NCBI RefSeq assembly: GCF_009914755.1
Contig: NC_060938.1
Source of the DNA: the human T2T-CHM13v2.0 reference genome, Homo sapiens
Length of the DNA stretch: 64,000 nt
Strand: one strand, 5' to 3'
Below the pieces are notes generated by a model, which did not search any database, had not been told where the DNA came from, and saw nothing but the letters and a program-made list of their open reading frames with translations. Both the position numbers and the translations under genes were made by a program. This document shows positions 40,001 to 53,290 of this stretch, piece after piece (the first letter of the stretch is position 1; every line of letters starts with the position of its first letter).

Positions 40001-43000
40001 CACAGCTATCCAAATATCCACTTGCAGATTCTACAAAAAGAGTGTATCAAAACTGCTCTGTCAAAAGGAAGGTTCTTCTCTGTTAGGTGAGTGCATACGT
40101 CATAAAGGAGTTTCTGAGAATGTTTCTGTCTAGTGGTTATGGGAAGATATTTGCTTTTTCCCCGTAGGCCTCAGGGCGCTCCAAATGTCCACTTGCACAT
40201 GCTACAAAAAGAGTGCTTCAAAGCTGCTCTCTGAAAGGGAATGTTCAACTCTATGAGTTGAATGCAAACATCACAAAGACGTTTCTGAGAATGCTTCTGT
40301 CTAGATTTGATATGAAGATATTCCCGTTTCCAACGAAATCTTCAAATCTATCCAAATGTCCACTTGCAGATTCAACAAAAAGTGTTTTTCAGAACTGCTC
40401 TATCAAAAGAAAGATCCACCTCTGTTAGCTGAGTTCAGACATCACAAACAAGTTTATGAGAATGCTTCTGTCTAGTTTTTATTTGAAGATATTTCCTTTC
40501 TCACCATAGACCTGAAAGCTGTCCTAATGTTCACTTCCAGTTACTACAGAGTGTTTCAAAACTGCTGTACGAAAGGGAATGTTCAACTCTGTGACTTGAA
40601 TGCACACATCACAAAGAAGTTTCTGAGGATGCTGCTGTCTACTTTTTATACTTAATCCCGTTTCCAACGAAATCCTCCAAGCTATCCAAATATCCACTTG
40701 CAGATTCCACAGAAAGACTGTTTCAAAACTGCTCTGTCAATAGAAAGGTTCAACTCTGTTAGCTGCGTGCATATATCCCAAAGAAGATTCTGAGATTGCT
40801 TCTGTCTAGTTTTTATGGGAAGATATTTCCCTTTTCACCGTAGGCGTCAAGGCGCTCCAAATGTCCACTTCCAGATACTACAAAAAGAGTGTTTCAAACC
40901 TACTCTGTGAAAGGGAATATTCAACTCTGTGACTTGAATGCAGATATCACAAAGAAGTTTCTGAGAATGCTTCTGTCGAGATTTTATATGAAGATATTCC
41001 CGTTTCCAACGAAATCCTGAAATCTATCCAAATATCCCCTCGCAGATTCTACAAAAAGAGTGTTTCAAAACTGCTCTGTAAAAAGAAAGGTTCAACTCTG
41101 TTAGTTGAGTACACACATCACAAACAAGTTTCACAGAATGCTTCTTTCTAGCTTGTAGGGGAAGATATTCCCTTTATCACCATGGGCCTCAAACCGTCCG
41201 ATAAGTCCACTTCCATATACTACAAAAAGAGCGTTTCAAACCTGCTCTATGAAAGGCAATGTTCAACTCTGTGACTTGAATGCAGACATCCCAGAGCAGT
41301 TTCTGAGAATGCTTCTGTCTAGATTTTATAGGAAGATATTCCCGTTTCCAACGAAATCTTCACAGCTATCCAAATATCCACTTGCAGATTCTACAAAAAG
41401 AGTGTATCAAAACTGCTCTGTCAAAAGGAAGGTTCTTTTCTGTTAGGTGAGTGCATACGTCATAAAGGAGTTTCTGAGAATGTTTCTGTCTAGTGGTTAT
41501 GGGAAGATATTTGCTTTTTCACCGTAGGCCTCAGAGCGCTCCAAATATCCACTTGCACATACTACAAAAAGAGTGCCTCAAAGCTGCTCTCTGAAACGGA
41601 ATGTTCAACTCTATGAGTTGAATGCAAACATCACAAAGACGTTTCTGAGAATGCTTCTGTCTAGATTTGATATGAAGATATTCCCGTTTCCAACGAAATC
41701 TTCAAATCTATCCAAATGTCCACTTGCAGATTCAAGAAAAAGTGTTTTTCAGAACTGCTCTATCAAAAGAAAGATCCACCTCTGTTAGCTGAGTTCACAC
41801 ATCACAAACAAGTTTATGAGAATGCTTCTGTCTAGTTTTTATTTGAAGATATTTCCTTTCTCACCATAGAGCTGAAAGCTGTCCTAATGTTCACTTCCAG
41901 ATACTAGAGAAAGAGTGTTTCAAAACTGCTGTACGAAAGGGAATGTTCAACTCTGTGACTTGAATGCACACATCACAAAGAAGTTTCTGAGGATGCTGCT
42001 GTCTACTTTTTATACGTAATCCCGTTTCCAACGAAATCCTCCAAGCTATCCAAATATCCACTTGCAGATTCCACAGAAAGACTGTTTCAAAACTGCTCTG
42101 TCAATAGAAAGGTTCAACTCTGTTAGCTGCGTGCATATATCCCAAAGAAGATTCTGAGATTGCTTCTGTCTAGTTTTTATGGGAAGATATTTCCCTTTTC
42201 ACCGTAGGTGTCAAGGCGCTCCAAATGTCCACTTCCAGATACTACAAAAAGAGTGTTTCAAACCTACTCTGTGAAAGGGAATATTCAACTCTGTGACTCG
42301 AATGCACATATCACAAAGAAGTTTCTGAGAATGCTTCTGTCGAGATTTTATATGAAGATATTCCCGTTTCCAACGAAATGCTGAAATCTATCCAAATATC
42401 CCCTCGCAGATTCTACAAAAAGAGTGTTTCAAAACTGCTCTGTAAAAAGAAAGGTTCAACTCTGTTAGTTGAGTACACACATCACAAATAAGTTTCACAC
42501 AATGCTTCTTTCTAGCTTGTAGGGGAAGATATTCCCTTTATCACCATGGGCCTCAAACCGTCTGAAACGTCCACTTCCATATACTACAAAAAGAGCATTT
42601 CAAACCTGCTCTATGAAAGGCAATGTTCAACTCTGTGACTTGAATGCAGACATCACAGAGCAGTTTCTGAGAATGCTTCTGTCTAGATTTTATAGGAAGA
42701 TATTCCCGTTTCCAACGAAATCTTCACAGCTATCCAAATATCCACTTGCAGATTCTACAAAAAGAGTGTATCAAAACTGCTCTGTCAAAAGGAAGGTTCT
42801 TCTCTGTTAGGTGAGTGCATACGTCATAAAGGAGTTTCTGAGAATGTTTCTGTCTAGTGGTTATGGGAAGATATTTGCTTTTTCCCCGTAGGCCTCAGGG
42901 CGCTCCAAATGTCCACTTGCACATGCTACAAAAAGAGTGCTTCAAAGCTGCTCTCTGAAAGGGAATGTTCAACTCTATGAGTTGAATGCAAACATCACAA

Positions 43001-46000
43001 AGACGTTTCTGAGAATGCTTCTGTCTAGATTTGATATGAAGATATTCCCGTTTCCAACGAAATCTTCAAATCTATCCAAATGTCCACTTGCAGATTCAAC
43101 AAAAAGTGTTTTTCAGAACTGCTCTATCAAAAGAAAGATCCACCTCTGTTAGCTGAGTTCAGACATCACAAACAAGTTTATGAGAATGCTTCTGTCTAGT
43201 TTTTATTTGAAGATATTTCCTTTCTCACCATAGACCTGAAAGCTGTCCTAATGTTCACTTCCAGTTACTACAGAAAGAGTGTTTCAAAACTGCTGTACGA
43301 AAGGGAATGTTCAACTCTGTGACTTGAATGCACACATCACAAAGAAGTTTCTGAGGATGCTGCTGTCTACTTTTTATACTTAATCCCGTTTCCAACGAAA
43401 TCCTCCAAGCTATCCAAATATCCACTTGCAGATTCCACAGAAAGACTGTTTCAAAACTGCTCTGTCAATAGAAAGGTTCAACTCTGTTAGCTGCGTGCAT
43501 ATATCCCAAAGAAGATTCTGAGATTGCTTCTGTCTAGTTTTTATGGGAAGATATTTCCCTTTTCACCGTAGGCGTCCAGGCGCTCCAAATGTCCACTTCC
43601 AGATACTACAAAAAGAGTGTTTCAAACCTACTCTGTGAAAGGGAATATTCAACTCTGTGACTTGAATGCACATATCACAAGGAAGTTTCTGAGAATGCTT
43701 CTGTCGAGATTTTATATGAAGATATTCCCGTTTCCAACGAAATCCTGAAATCTATCCAAATATCCCCTCGCAGATTCTACAAAAAGAGTGTTTCAAAACT
43801 GCTCTGTAAAAAGGAAGGTTCAACTCTGTTAGTTGAGTACACACATCACAAACAAGTTTCACAGAATGCTTCTTTCTAGCTTGTAGGGGAAGATATTCCC
43901 TTTATCACCATGGGCCTCCAACCGTCCGATAAGTCCACTTCCATATACTACAAAAAGAGCGTTTCAAACCTGCTCTATGAAAGGCAATGTTCAACTCTGT
44001 GACTTGAATGCAGACATCACAGAGCAGTTTCTGAGAATGCTTCTGTCTAGATTTTATAGGAAGATATTCCCGTTTCCAACGAAATCTTCACAGCTATCCA
44101 AATATCCACTTGCAGATTCTACAAAAAGAGTGTATCAAAACTGCTCTGTCAAAAGGAAGGTTCTTCTCTGTTAGGTGAGTGCATACGTCATAAAGGAGTT
44201 TCTGAGAATGTTTCTGTCTAGTGGTTATGGGAAGATATTTGCTTTTTCACCGTAGGCCTCAGAGCGCTCCAAATATCCACTTGCACATACTACAAAAAGA
44301 GTGCTTCAAAGCTGGTCTCTGAAACGGAATGTTCAACTCTATGAGTTGAATGCAAACATCACAAAGACGTTTCTGAGAATGCTTCTGTCTAGATTTGATA
44401 TGAAGATATTCCCGTTTCCAACGAAATCTTCAAATCTATCCAAATGTCCACTTGCAGATTCAACAAAAAGTGTTTTTCAGAACTGCTCTATCAAAAGAAA
44501 GATCCACCTCTGTTAGCTGAGTTCACACATCACAAACAAGTTTATGAGAATGCTTCTGTCTAGTTTTTATTTGAAGATATTTCCTTTCTCACCATAGAGC
44601 TGAAAGCTGTCCTAATGTTCACTTCCAGATACTACAGAAAGAGTGTTTCAAAACTGCTGTACGAAAGGGAATGTTCAACTCTGTGACTTGAATGCACACA
44701 TCACAAAGAAGTTTCTGAGGATGCTGCTGTCTACTTTTTATACGTAATCCCGTTTCCAACGAAATCCTCCAAGCTATCCAAATATCCACTTGCAGATTCC
44801 ACAGAAAGGCTGTTTCAAAACTGCTCTGTCAATAGAAAGGTTCAACTCTGTTAGCTGCGTGCATATATCCCAAAGAAGATTCTGAGATTGCTTCTGTCTA
44901 GTTTTTATGGGAAGATATTTCCCTTTTCACCGTAGGTGTCAAGGCGCTCCAAATGTCCACTTCCAGATACTACAAAAAGAGTGTTTCCAACCTACTCTGT
45001 GAAAGGGAATATTCAACTCTCTGACTTGAATGCACATATCACAAAGAAGTTTCTGAGAATGCTTCTGTCGAGATTTTATATGAAGATATTCCCGTTTCCA
45101 ACGAAATCCTGAAATGTATCCAAATATCCCCTCGCAGATTCTACAAAAAGAGTGTTTCAAAACTGCTCTGTAAAAAGAAAGGTTCAACTCTGTTAGTTGA
45201 GTACACACATCACAAATAAGTTTCACACAATGCTTCTTTCTAGCTTGTAGGGGAAGATATTCCCTTTATCACCATGGGCCTCAAACCGTCTGAAACGTCC
45301 ACTTCCATATACTACAAAAAGAGCATTTCAAACCTGCTCTATGAAAGGCAATGTTCAACTCTGTGACTTGAATGCAGACATCACAGAGCAGTTTCTGAGA
45401 ATGCTTCTGTCTAGATTTTATAGGAAGATATTCCCGTTTCCAACGAAATCTTCACAGCTATCCAAATATCCACTTGCAGATTCTACAAAAAGAGTGTATC
45501 AAAACTGCTCTGTCAAAAGGAAGGTTCTTCTCTGTTAGGTGAGTGCATACGTCATAAAGGAGTTTCTGAGAATGTTTCTGTCTAGTGGTTATGGGAAGAT
45601 ATTTGCTTTTTCCCCGTAGGCCTCAGGGCGCTCCAAATGTCCACTTGCACATGCTACAAAAAGAGTGCTTCAAAGCTGCTCTCTGAAAGGGAATGTTCAA
45701 CTCTATGAGTTGAATGCAAACATCACAAAGACGTTTCTGAGAATGCTTCTGTCTAGATTTGATATGAAGATATTCCCGTTTCCAACGAAATCTTCAAATC
45801 TATCCAAATGTCCACTTGCAGATTCAACAAAAAGTGTTTTTCAGAACTGCTCTATCAAAAGAAAGATCCACCTCTGTTAGCTGAGTTCAGACATCACAAA
45901 CAAGTTTATGAGAATGCTTCTGTCTAGTTTTTATTTGAAGATATTTCCTTTCTCACCATAGACCTGAAAGCTGTCCTAATGTTCACTTCCAGTTACTACA

Positions 46001-46453
46001 GAAAGAGTGTTTCAAAACTGCTGTACGAAAGGGAATGTTCAACTCTGTGACTTGAATGCACACATCACAAAGAAGTTTCTGAGGATGCTGCTGTCTACTT
46101 TTTATACTTAATCCCGTTTCCAACGAAATCCTCCAAGCTATCCAAATATCCACTTGCAGATTCCACAGAAAGACTGTTTCAAAACTGCTCTGTCAATAGA
46201 AAGGTTCAACTCTGTTAGCTGCGTGCATATATCCCAAAGAAGATTCTGAGATTGCTTCTGTCTAGTTTTTATGGGAAGATATTTCCCTTTTCACCGTAGG
46301 CGTCAAGGCGCTCCAAATGTCCACTTCCAGATACTACAAAAAGAGTGTTTCAAACCTACTCTGTGAAAGGGAATATTCAACTCTGTGACTTGAATGCACA
46401 TATCACAAGGAAGTTTCTGAGAATGCTTCTGTCGAGATTTTATATGAAGATAT

Positions 46454-46470
46454 TCTCGTTTACAACGAAA
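46454..46470 (-). promoter_or_regulatory. Mutated (probably non-binding) CENP-B box 1 in U35
   Basis: Plus strand TCTCGTTTACAACGAAA = minus strand TTTCGTTGTAAACGAGA. The core CGGG has become CGAG, with a second change at a non-core position. Confidence 0.9.
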
Positions 46471-49400
46471 TCCTGAAATCTATCCAAATATCCCCTCGCA
46501 GATTCTACAAAAAGAGTGTTTCAAAACTGCTCTGTAAAAAGAAAGGTTCAACTCTGTTAGTTGAGTACACACATCACAAACAAGTTTCACAGAATGCTTC
46601 TTTCTAGCTTGTAGGGGAAGATATTCCCTTTATCACCATGGGCCTCCAACCGTCCGAAACATCCACTTCCATATACTACAAAAAGAGCGTTTCAAACCTG
46701 CTCTATGAAAGGCAATGTTCAACTCTGTGACTTGAATGCAGACATCACAGAGCAGTTTCTGAGAATGCTTCTGTCTAGATTTTATAGGAAGATATTCCCG
46801 TTTCCAACGAAATCTTCACAGCTATCCAAATATCCACTTGCAGATTCTACAAAAAGAGTGTATCAAAACTGCTCTGTCAAAAGGAAGGTTCTTCTCTGTT
46901 AGGTGAGTGCATACGTCATAAAGGAGTTTCTGAGAATGTTTCTGTCTAGTGGTTATGGGAAGATATTTGCTTTTTCCCCGTAGGCCTCAGGGCGCTCCAA
47001 ATGTCCACTTGCACATGCTACAAAAAGAGTGCTTCAAAGCTGCTCTCTGAAAGGGAATGTTCAACTCTATGAGTTGAATGCAAACATCACAAAGACGTTT
47101 CTGAGAATGCTTCTGTCTAGATTTGATATGAAGATATTCCCGTTTCCAACGAAATCTTCAAATCTATCCAAATGTCCACTTGCAGATTCAACAAAAAGTG
47201 TTTTTCAGAACTGCTCTATCAAAAGAAAGATCCACCTCTGTTAGCTGAGTTCAGACATCACAAACAAGTTTATGAGAATGCTTCTGTCTAGTTTTTATTT
47301 GAAGATATTTCCTTTCTCACCATAGACCTGAAAGCTGTCCTAATGTTCACTTCCAGTTACTACAGAAAGAGTGTTTCAAAACTGCTGTACGAAAGGGAAT
47401 GTTCAACTCTGTGACTTGAATGCACACATCACAAAGAAGTTTCTGAGGATGCTGCTGTCTACTTTTTATACGTAATCCCGTTTCCAACGAAATCCTTCAA
47501 GCTATCCAAATATCCACTTGCAGATTCCACAGAAAGACTGTTTCAAAACTGCTCTGTCAATAGAAAGGTTCAACTCTGTTAGCTGCGTGCATATATCCCA
47601 AAGAAGATTCTGAGATTGCTTCTGTCTAGTTTTTATGGGAAGATATTTCCCTTTTCACCGTAGGCGTCCAGGCGCTCCAAATGTCCACTTCCAGATACTA
47701 CAAAAAGAGTGTTTCAAACCTACTCTGTGAAAGGGAATATTCAACTCTGTGACTTGAATGCACATATCACAAGGAAGTTTCTGAGAATGCTTCTGTCGAG
47801 ATTTTATATGAAGATATTCCCGTTTCCAACGAAATGCTGAAATGTATCCAAATATCCCCTCGCAGATTCTACAAAAAGAGTGTTTCAAAACTGCTCTGTA
47901 AAAAGAAAGGTTCAACTCTGTTAGTTGAGTACACACATCACAAACTAGTTTCACAGAATGCTTCTTTCTAGCTTGTAGGGGAAGATATTCCCTTTATCAC
48001 CATGGGCCTCAAACCGTCCGAAAAGTCCACTTCCATATACTACAAAAAGAGCGTTTCAAACCTGCTCTATGAAAGGCAATGTTCAACTCTGTGACTTGAA
48101 TGCAGACATCACAGAGCAGTTTCTGAGAATGCTTCTGTCTAGATTTTATAGGAAGATATTCCCGTTTCCAACGAAATCTTCACAGCTATCCAAATATCCA
48201 CTTGCAGATTCTACAAAAAGAGTGTATCAAAACTGCTCTGTCAAAAGGAAGGTTCTTTTCTGTTAGGTGAGTGCATACGTCATAAAGGAGTTTCTGAGAA
48301 TGTTTCTGTCTAGTGGTTATGGGAAGATATTTGCTTTTTCACCGTAGGCCTCAGAGCGCTCCAAATATCCACTTGCACATACTACAAAAAGAGTGCCTCA
48401 AAGCTGCTCTCTGTAACGGAATGTTCAACTCTATGAGTTGAATGCAAACATCACAAAGACGTTTCTGAGAATGCTTCTGTCTAGATTTGATATGAAGATC
48501 TTCCCGTTTCCAACGAAATCTTCAAATCTATCCAAATGTCCACTTGCAGATTCAACAGAAAGTGTTTTTCAGAACTGCTCTATCAAAAGAAAGATCCACC
48601 TCTGTTAGCTGAGTTCAGACATCACAAACAAGTTTATGAGAATGCTTCTGTCTAGTTTTTATTTGAAGATATTTCCTTTCTCACCATAGACCTGAAAGCT
48701 GTCCTAATGTTCACTTCCAGTTACTACAGAAAGAGTGTTTCAAAACTGCTGTACGAAAGGGAATGTTCAACTCTGTGACTTGAATGCACACATCACAAAG
48801 AAGTTTCTGAGGATGCTGCTGTCTACTTTTTATACTTAATCCCGTTTCCAACGAAATCCTCCAAGCTATCCAAATATCCACTTGCAGATTCCACAGAAAG
48901 ACTGTTTCAAAACTGCTCTGTCAATAGAAAGGTTCAACTCTGTTAGCTGCGTGCATATATCCCAAAGAAGATTCTGAGATTGCTTCTGTCTAGTTTTTAT
49001 GGGAAGATATTTCCCTTTTCACCGTAGGCGTCAAGGCGCTCCAAATGTCCACTTCCAGATACTACAAAAAGAGTGTTTCAAACCTACTCTGTGAAAGGGA
49101 ATATTCAACTCTGTGACTTGAATGCACATATCACAAGGAAGTTTCTGAGAATGCTTCTGTCGAGATTTTATATGAAGATATTCCCGTTTCCAACGAAATC
49201 CTGAAATCTATCCAAATATCCCCTCGCAGATTCTACAAAAAGAGTGTTTCAAAACTGCTCTGTAAAAAGAAAGGTTCAACTCTGTTAGTTGAGTACACAC
49301 ATCACAAACAAGTTTCACAGAATGCTTCTTTCTAGCTTGTAGGGGAAGATATTCCCTTTATCACCATGGGCCTCAAACCGTCCGATAAGTCCACTTCCAT

Positions 49401-52400
49401 ATACTACAAAAAGAGCGTTTCAAACCTGCTCTATGAAAGGCAATGTTCAACTCTGTGACTTGAATGCAGACATCACAGAGCAGTTTCTGAGAATGCTTCT
49501 GTCTAGATTTTATAGGAAGATATTCCCGTTTCCAACGAAATCTTCACAGCTATCCAAATATCCACTTGCAGATTCTACAAAAAGAGTGTATCAAAACTGC
49601 TCTGTCAAAAGGAAGGTTCTTTTCTGTTAGGTGAGTGCATACGTCATAAAGGAGTTTCTGAGAATGTTTCTGTCTAGTGGTTATGGGAAGATATTTGCTT
49701 TTTCACCGTAGGCCTCAGAGCGCTCCAAATATCCACTTGCACATACTACAAAAAGAGTGCCTCAAAGCTGCTCTCTGAAACGGAATGTTCAACTCTATGA
49801 GTTGAATGCAAACATCGCAAAGACGTTTCTGAGAATGCTTCTGTCTAGATTTGATATGAAGATATTCCCGTTTCCAACGAAATCTTCAAATCTATCCAAA
49901 TGTCCACTTGCAGATTCAACAAAAAGTGTTTTTCAGAACTGCTCTATCAAAAGAAAGATCCACCTCTGTTAGCTGAGTTCACACATCACAAACAAGTTTA
50001 TGAGAATGCTTCTGTCTAGTTTTTATTTGAAGATATTTCCTTTCTCACCATAGAGCTGAAAGCTGTCCTAATGTTCACTTCCAGATACTACAGAAAGAGT
50101 GTTTCAAAACTGCTGTACGAAAGGGAATGTTCAACTCTGTGACTTGAATGCACACATCACAAAGAAGTTTCTGAGGATGCTGCTGTCTACTTTTTATACG
50201 TAATCCCGTTTCCAACGAAATCCTCCAAGCTATCCAAATATCCACTTGCAGATTCCACAGAAAGACTGTTTCAAAACTGCTCTGTCAATAGAAAGGTTCA
50301 ACTCTGTTAGCTGCGTGCATATATCCCAAAGAAGATTCTGAGATTGCTTCTGTCTAGTTTTTATGGGAAGATATTTCCCTTTTCACCGTAGGTGTCAAGG
50401 CGCTCCAAATGTCCACTTCCAGATACTACAAAAAGAGTGTTTCAAACCTACTCTGTGAAAGGGAATATTCAACTCTGTGACTCGAATGCACATATCACAA
50501 AGAAGTTTCTGAGAATGCTTCTGTCGAGATTTTATATGAAGATATTCCCGTTTCCAACGAAATGCTGAAATCTATCCAAATATCCCCTCGCAGATTCTAC
50601 AAAAAGAGTGTTTCAAAACTGCTCTGTGAAAAGAAAGGTTCAACTCTGTTAGTTGAGTACACACATCACAAACAAGTTTCACAGAATGCTTCTTTCTAGC
50701 TTGTAGGGGAAGATATTCCCTTTATCACCATGGGCCTCAAACCGTCCGAAAAGTCCACTTCCATATACTACAAAAAGAGCGTTTCAAACCTGCTCTATGA
50801 AAGGCAATGTTCAACTCTGTGACTTGAATGCAGACATCACAGAGCAGTTTCTGAGAATGCTTCTGTCTAGATTTTATAGGAAGATATTCCCGTTTCCAAC
50901 GAAATCTTCACAGCTATCCAAATATCCACTTGCAGATTCTACAAAAAGAGTGTATCAAAACTGCTCTGTCAAAAGGAAGGTTCTTTTCTGTTAGGTGAGT
51001 GCATACGTCATAAAGGAGTTTCTGAGAATGTTTCTGTCTAGTGGTTATGGGAAGATATTTGCTTTTTCACCGTAGGCCTCAGAGCGCTCCAAATATCCAC
51101 TTGCACATACTACAAAAAGAGTGCCTCAAAGCTGCTCTCTGAAACGGAATGTGCAACTCTATGAGTTGAATGCAAACATCGCAAAGACGTTTCTGAGAAT
51201 GCTTCTGTCTAGATTTGATATGAAGATATTCCCGTTTCCAACGAAATCTTCAAATCTATCCAAATGTCCACTTGCAGATTCAACAAAAAGTGTTTTTCAG
51301 AACTGCTCTATCAAAAGAAAGATCCACCTCTGTTAGCTGAGTTCACACATCACAAACAAGTTTATGAGAATGCTTCTGTCTAGTTTTTATTTGAAGATAT
51401 TTCCTTTCTCACCATAGAGCTGAAAGCTGTCCTAATGTTCACTTCCAGATACTACAGAAAGAGTGTTTCAAAACTGCTGTACGAAAGGGAATGTTCAACT
51501 CTGTGACTTGAATGCACACATCACAAAGAAGTTTCTGAGGATGCTGCTGTCTACTTTTTATACGTAATCCCGTTTCCAACGAAATCCTCCAAGCTATCCA
51601 AATATCCACTTGCAGATTCCACAGAAAGACTGTTTCAAGACTGCTCTGTCAATAGAAAGGTTCAACTCTGTTAGCTGCGTGCATATATCCCAAAGAAGAT
51701 TCTGAGATTGCTTCTGTCTAGTTTTTATGGGAAGATATTTCCCTTTTCACCGTAGGTGTCAAGGCGCTCCAAATGTCCACTTCCAGATACTACAAAAAGA
51801 GTGTTTCTAACCTACTCTGTGAAAGGGAATATTCAACTCTGTGACTTGAATGCACATATCACAAAGAAGTTTCTGAGAATGCTTCTGTCGAGATTTTATA
51901 TGAAGATATTCCCGTTTCCAACGAAATCCTGAAATCTATCCAAATATCCCCTCGCAGATTCTACAAAAAGAGTGTTTCAAAACTGCTCTGTGAAAAGGAA
52001 GGTTCAACTCTGTTAGTTGAGTACACACATCACAAACAAGTTTCACAGAATGCTTCTTTCTAGCTTGTAGGGAAAGATATTCCCTTTATCACCATGGGCC
52101 TCCAACCGTCCGAAACATCCACTTCCATATACTACAAAAAGAGCGTTTCAAACCTGCTCTATGAAAGGCAATGTTCAACTCTGTGACTTGAATGCAGACA
52201 TCACAGAGCAGTTTCTGAGAATGCTTCTGTCTAGATTTTATAGGAAGCTATTCCCGTTTCCAACGAAATCTTCACAGCTATCCAAATATCCACTTGCAGA
52301 TTCTACAAAAAGAGTGTATCAAAACTGCTCTGTCAAAAGGAAGGTTCTTTTCTGTTAGGTGAGTGCATACGTCATAAAGGAGTTTCTGAGAATGTTTCTG

Positions 52401-53273
52401 TCTAGTGGTTATGGGAAGATATTTGCTTTTTCACCGTAGGCCTCAGAGGGCTCCAAATATCCACTTGCACATGCTACAAAAAGAGTGCTTCAAAGCTGCT
52501 CTCTGAAAGGGAATGTTCAACTCTATGAGTTGAATGCAAACATCACAAAGACGTTTCTGAGAATGCTTCTGTCTAGATTTGATATGAAGATATTCCCGTT
52601 TCCAACGAAATCTTCAAATCTATCCAAATGTCCACTTGCAGATTCAACAAAAAGTGTTTTTCAGAACTGCTCTATCAAAAGAAAGATCCACCTCTGTTAG
52701 CTGAGTTCACACATCACAAATAAGTTTATGAGAATGCTTCTGTCTAGTTTTTATTTGAAGATATTTCCTTTCTCACCATAGACCTGAAAGCTGTCCTAAT
52801 GTTCACTTCCAGTTACTACAGAAAGAGTGTTTCAAAACTGCTGTACGAAAGGGAATGTTCAACTCTGTGACTTGAATGCACACATCACAAAGAAGTTTCT
52901 GAGGATGCTGCTGTCTACTTTTTATACTTAATCCCGTTTCCAACGAAATCCTCCAAGCTATCCAAATATCCACTTGCAGATTCCACAGAAAGACTGTTTC
53001 AAAACTGCTCTGTCAATAGAAAGGTTCAACTCTGTTAGCTGCGTGCATATATCCCAAAGAAGATTCTGAGATTGCTTCTGTCTAGTTTTTATGGGAAGAT
53101 ATTTCCCTTTTCACCGTAGGCGTCAAGGCGCTCCAAACGTCCACTTCCAGATACTACAAAAAGAGTGTTTCAAACCTACTCTGTGAAAGGGAGTATTCAG
53201 CTCTGTGACTTGAATGCACATATCACAAGGAAGTTTCTGAGAATGCTTCTGTCGAGATTTTATATGAAGATAT

Positions 53274-53290
53274 TCTCGTTTACAACGAAA
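53274..53290 (-). promoter_or_regulatory. Mutated (probably non-binding) CENP-B box 1 in U40
   Basis: Same double substitution, TCTCGTTTACAACGAAA, as at 46454. Confidence 0.9.

Larger units (their letters stand above)
1..40872. repeat. Left, highly homogeneous HOR sub-array (U1-U30)
   Basis: Contains all twelve 1360-bp units and, by my reading, all GGCAACGTT, GAGTATTTC and AAAGCAGATT alleles. It has few private SNVs. Confidence 0.8.
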
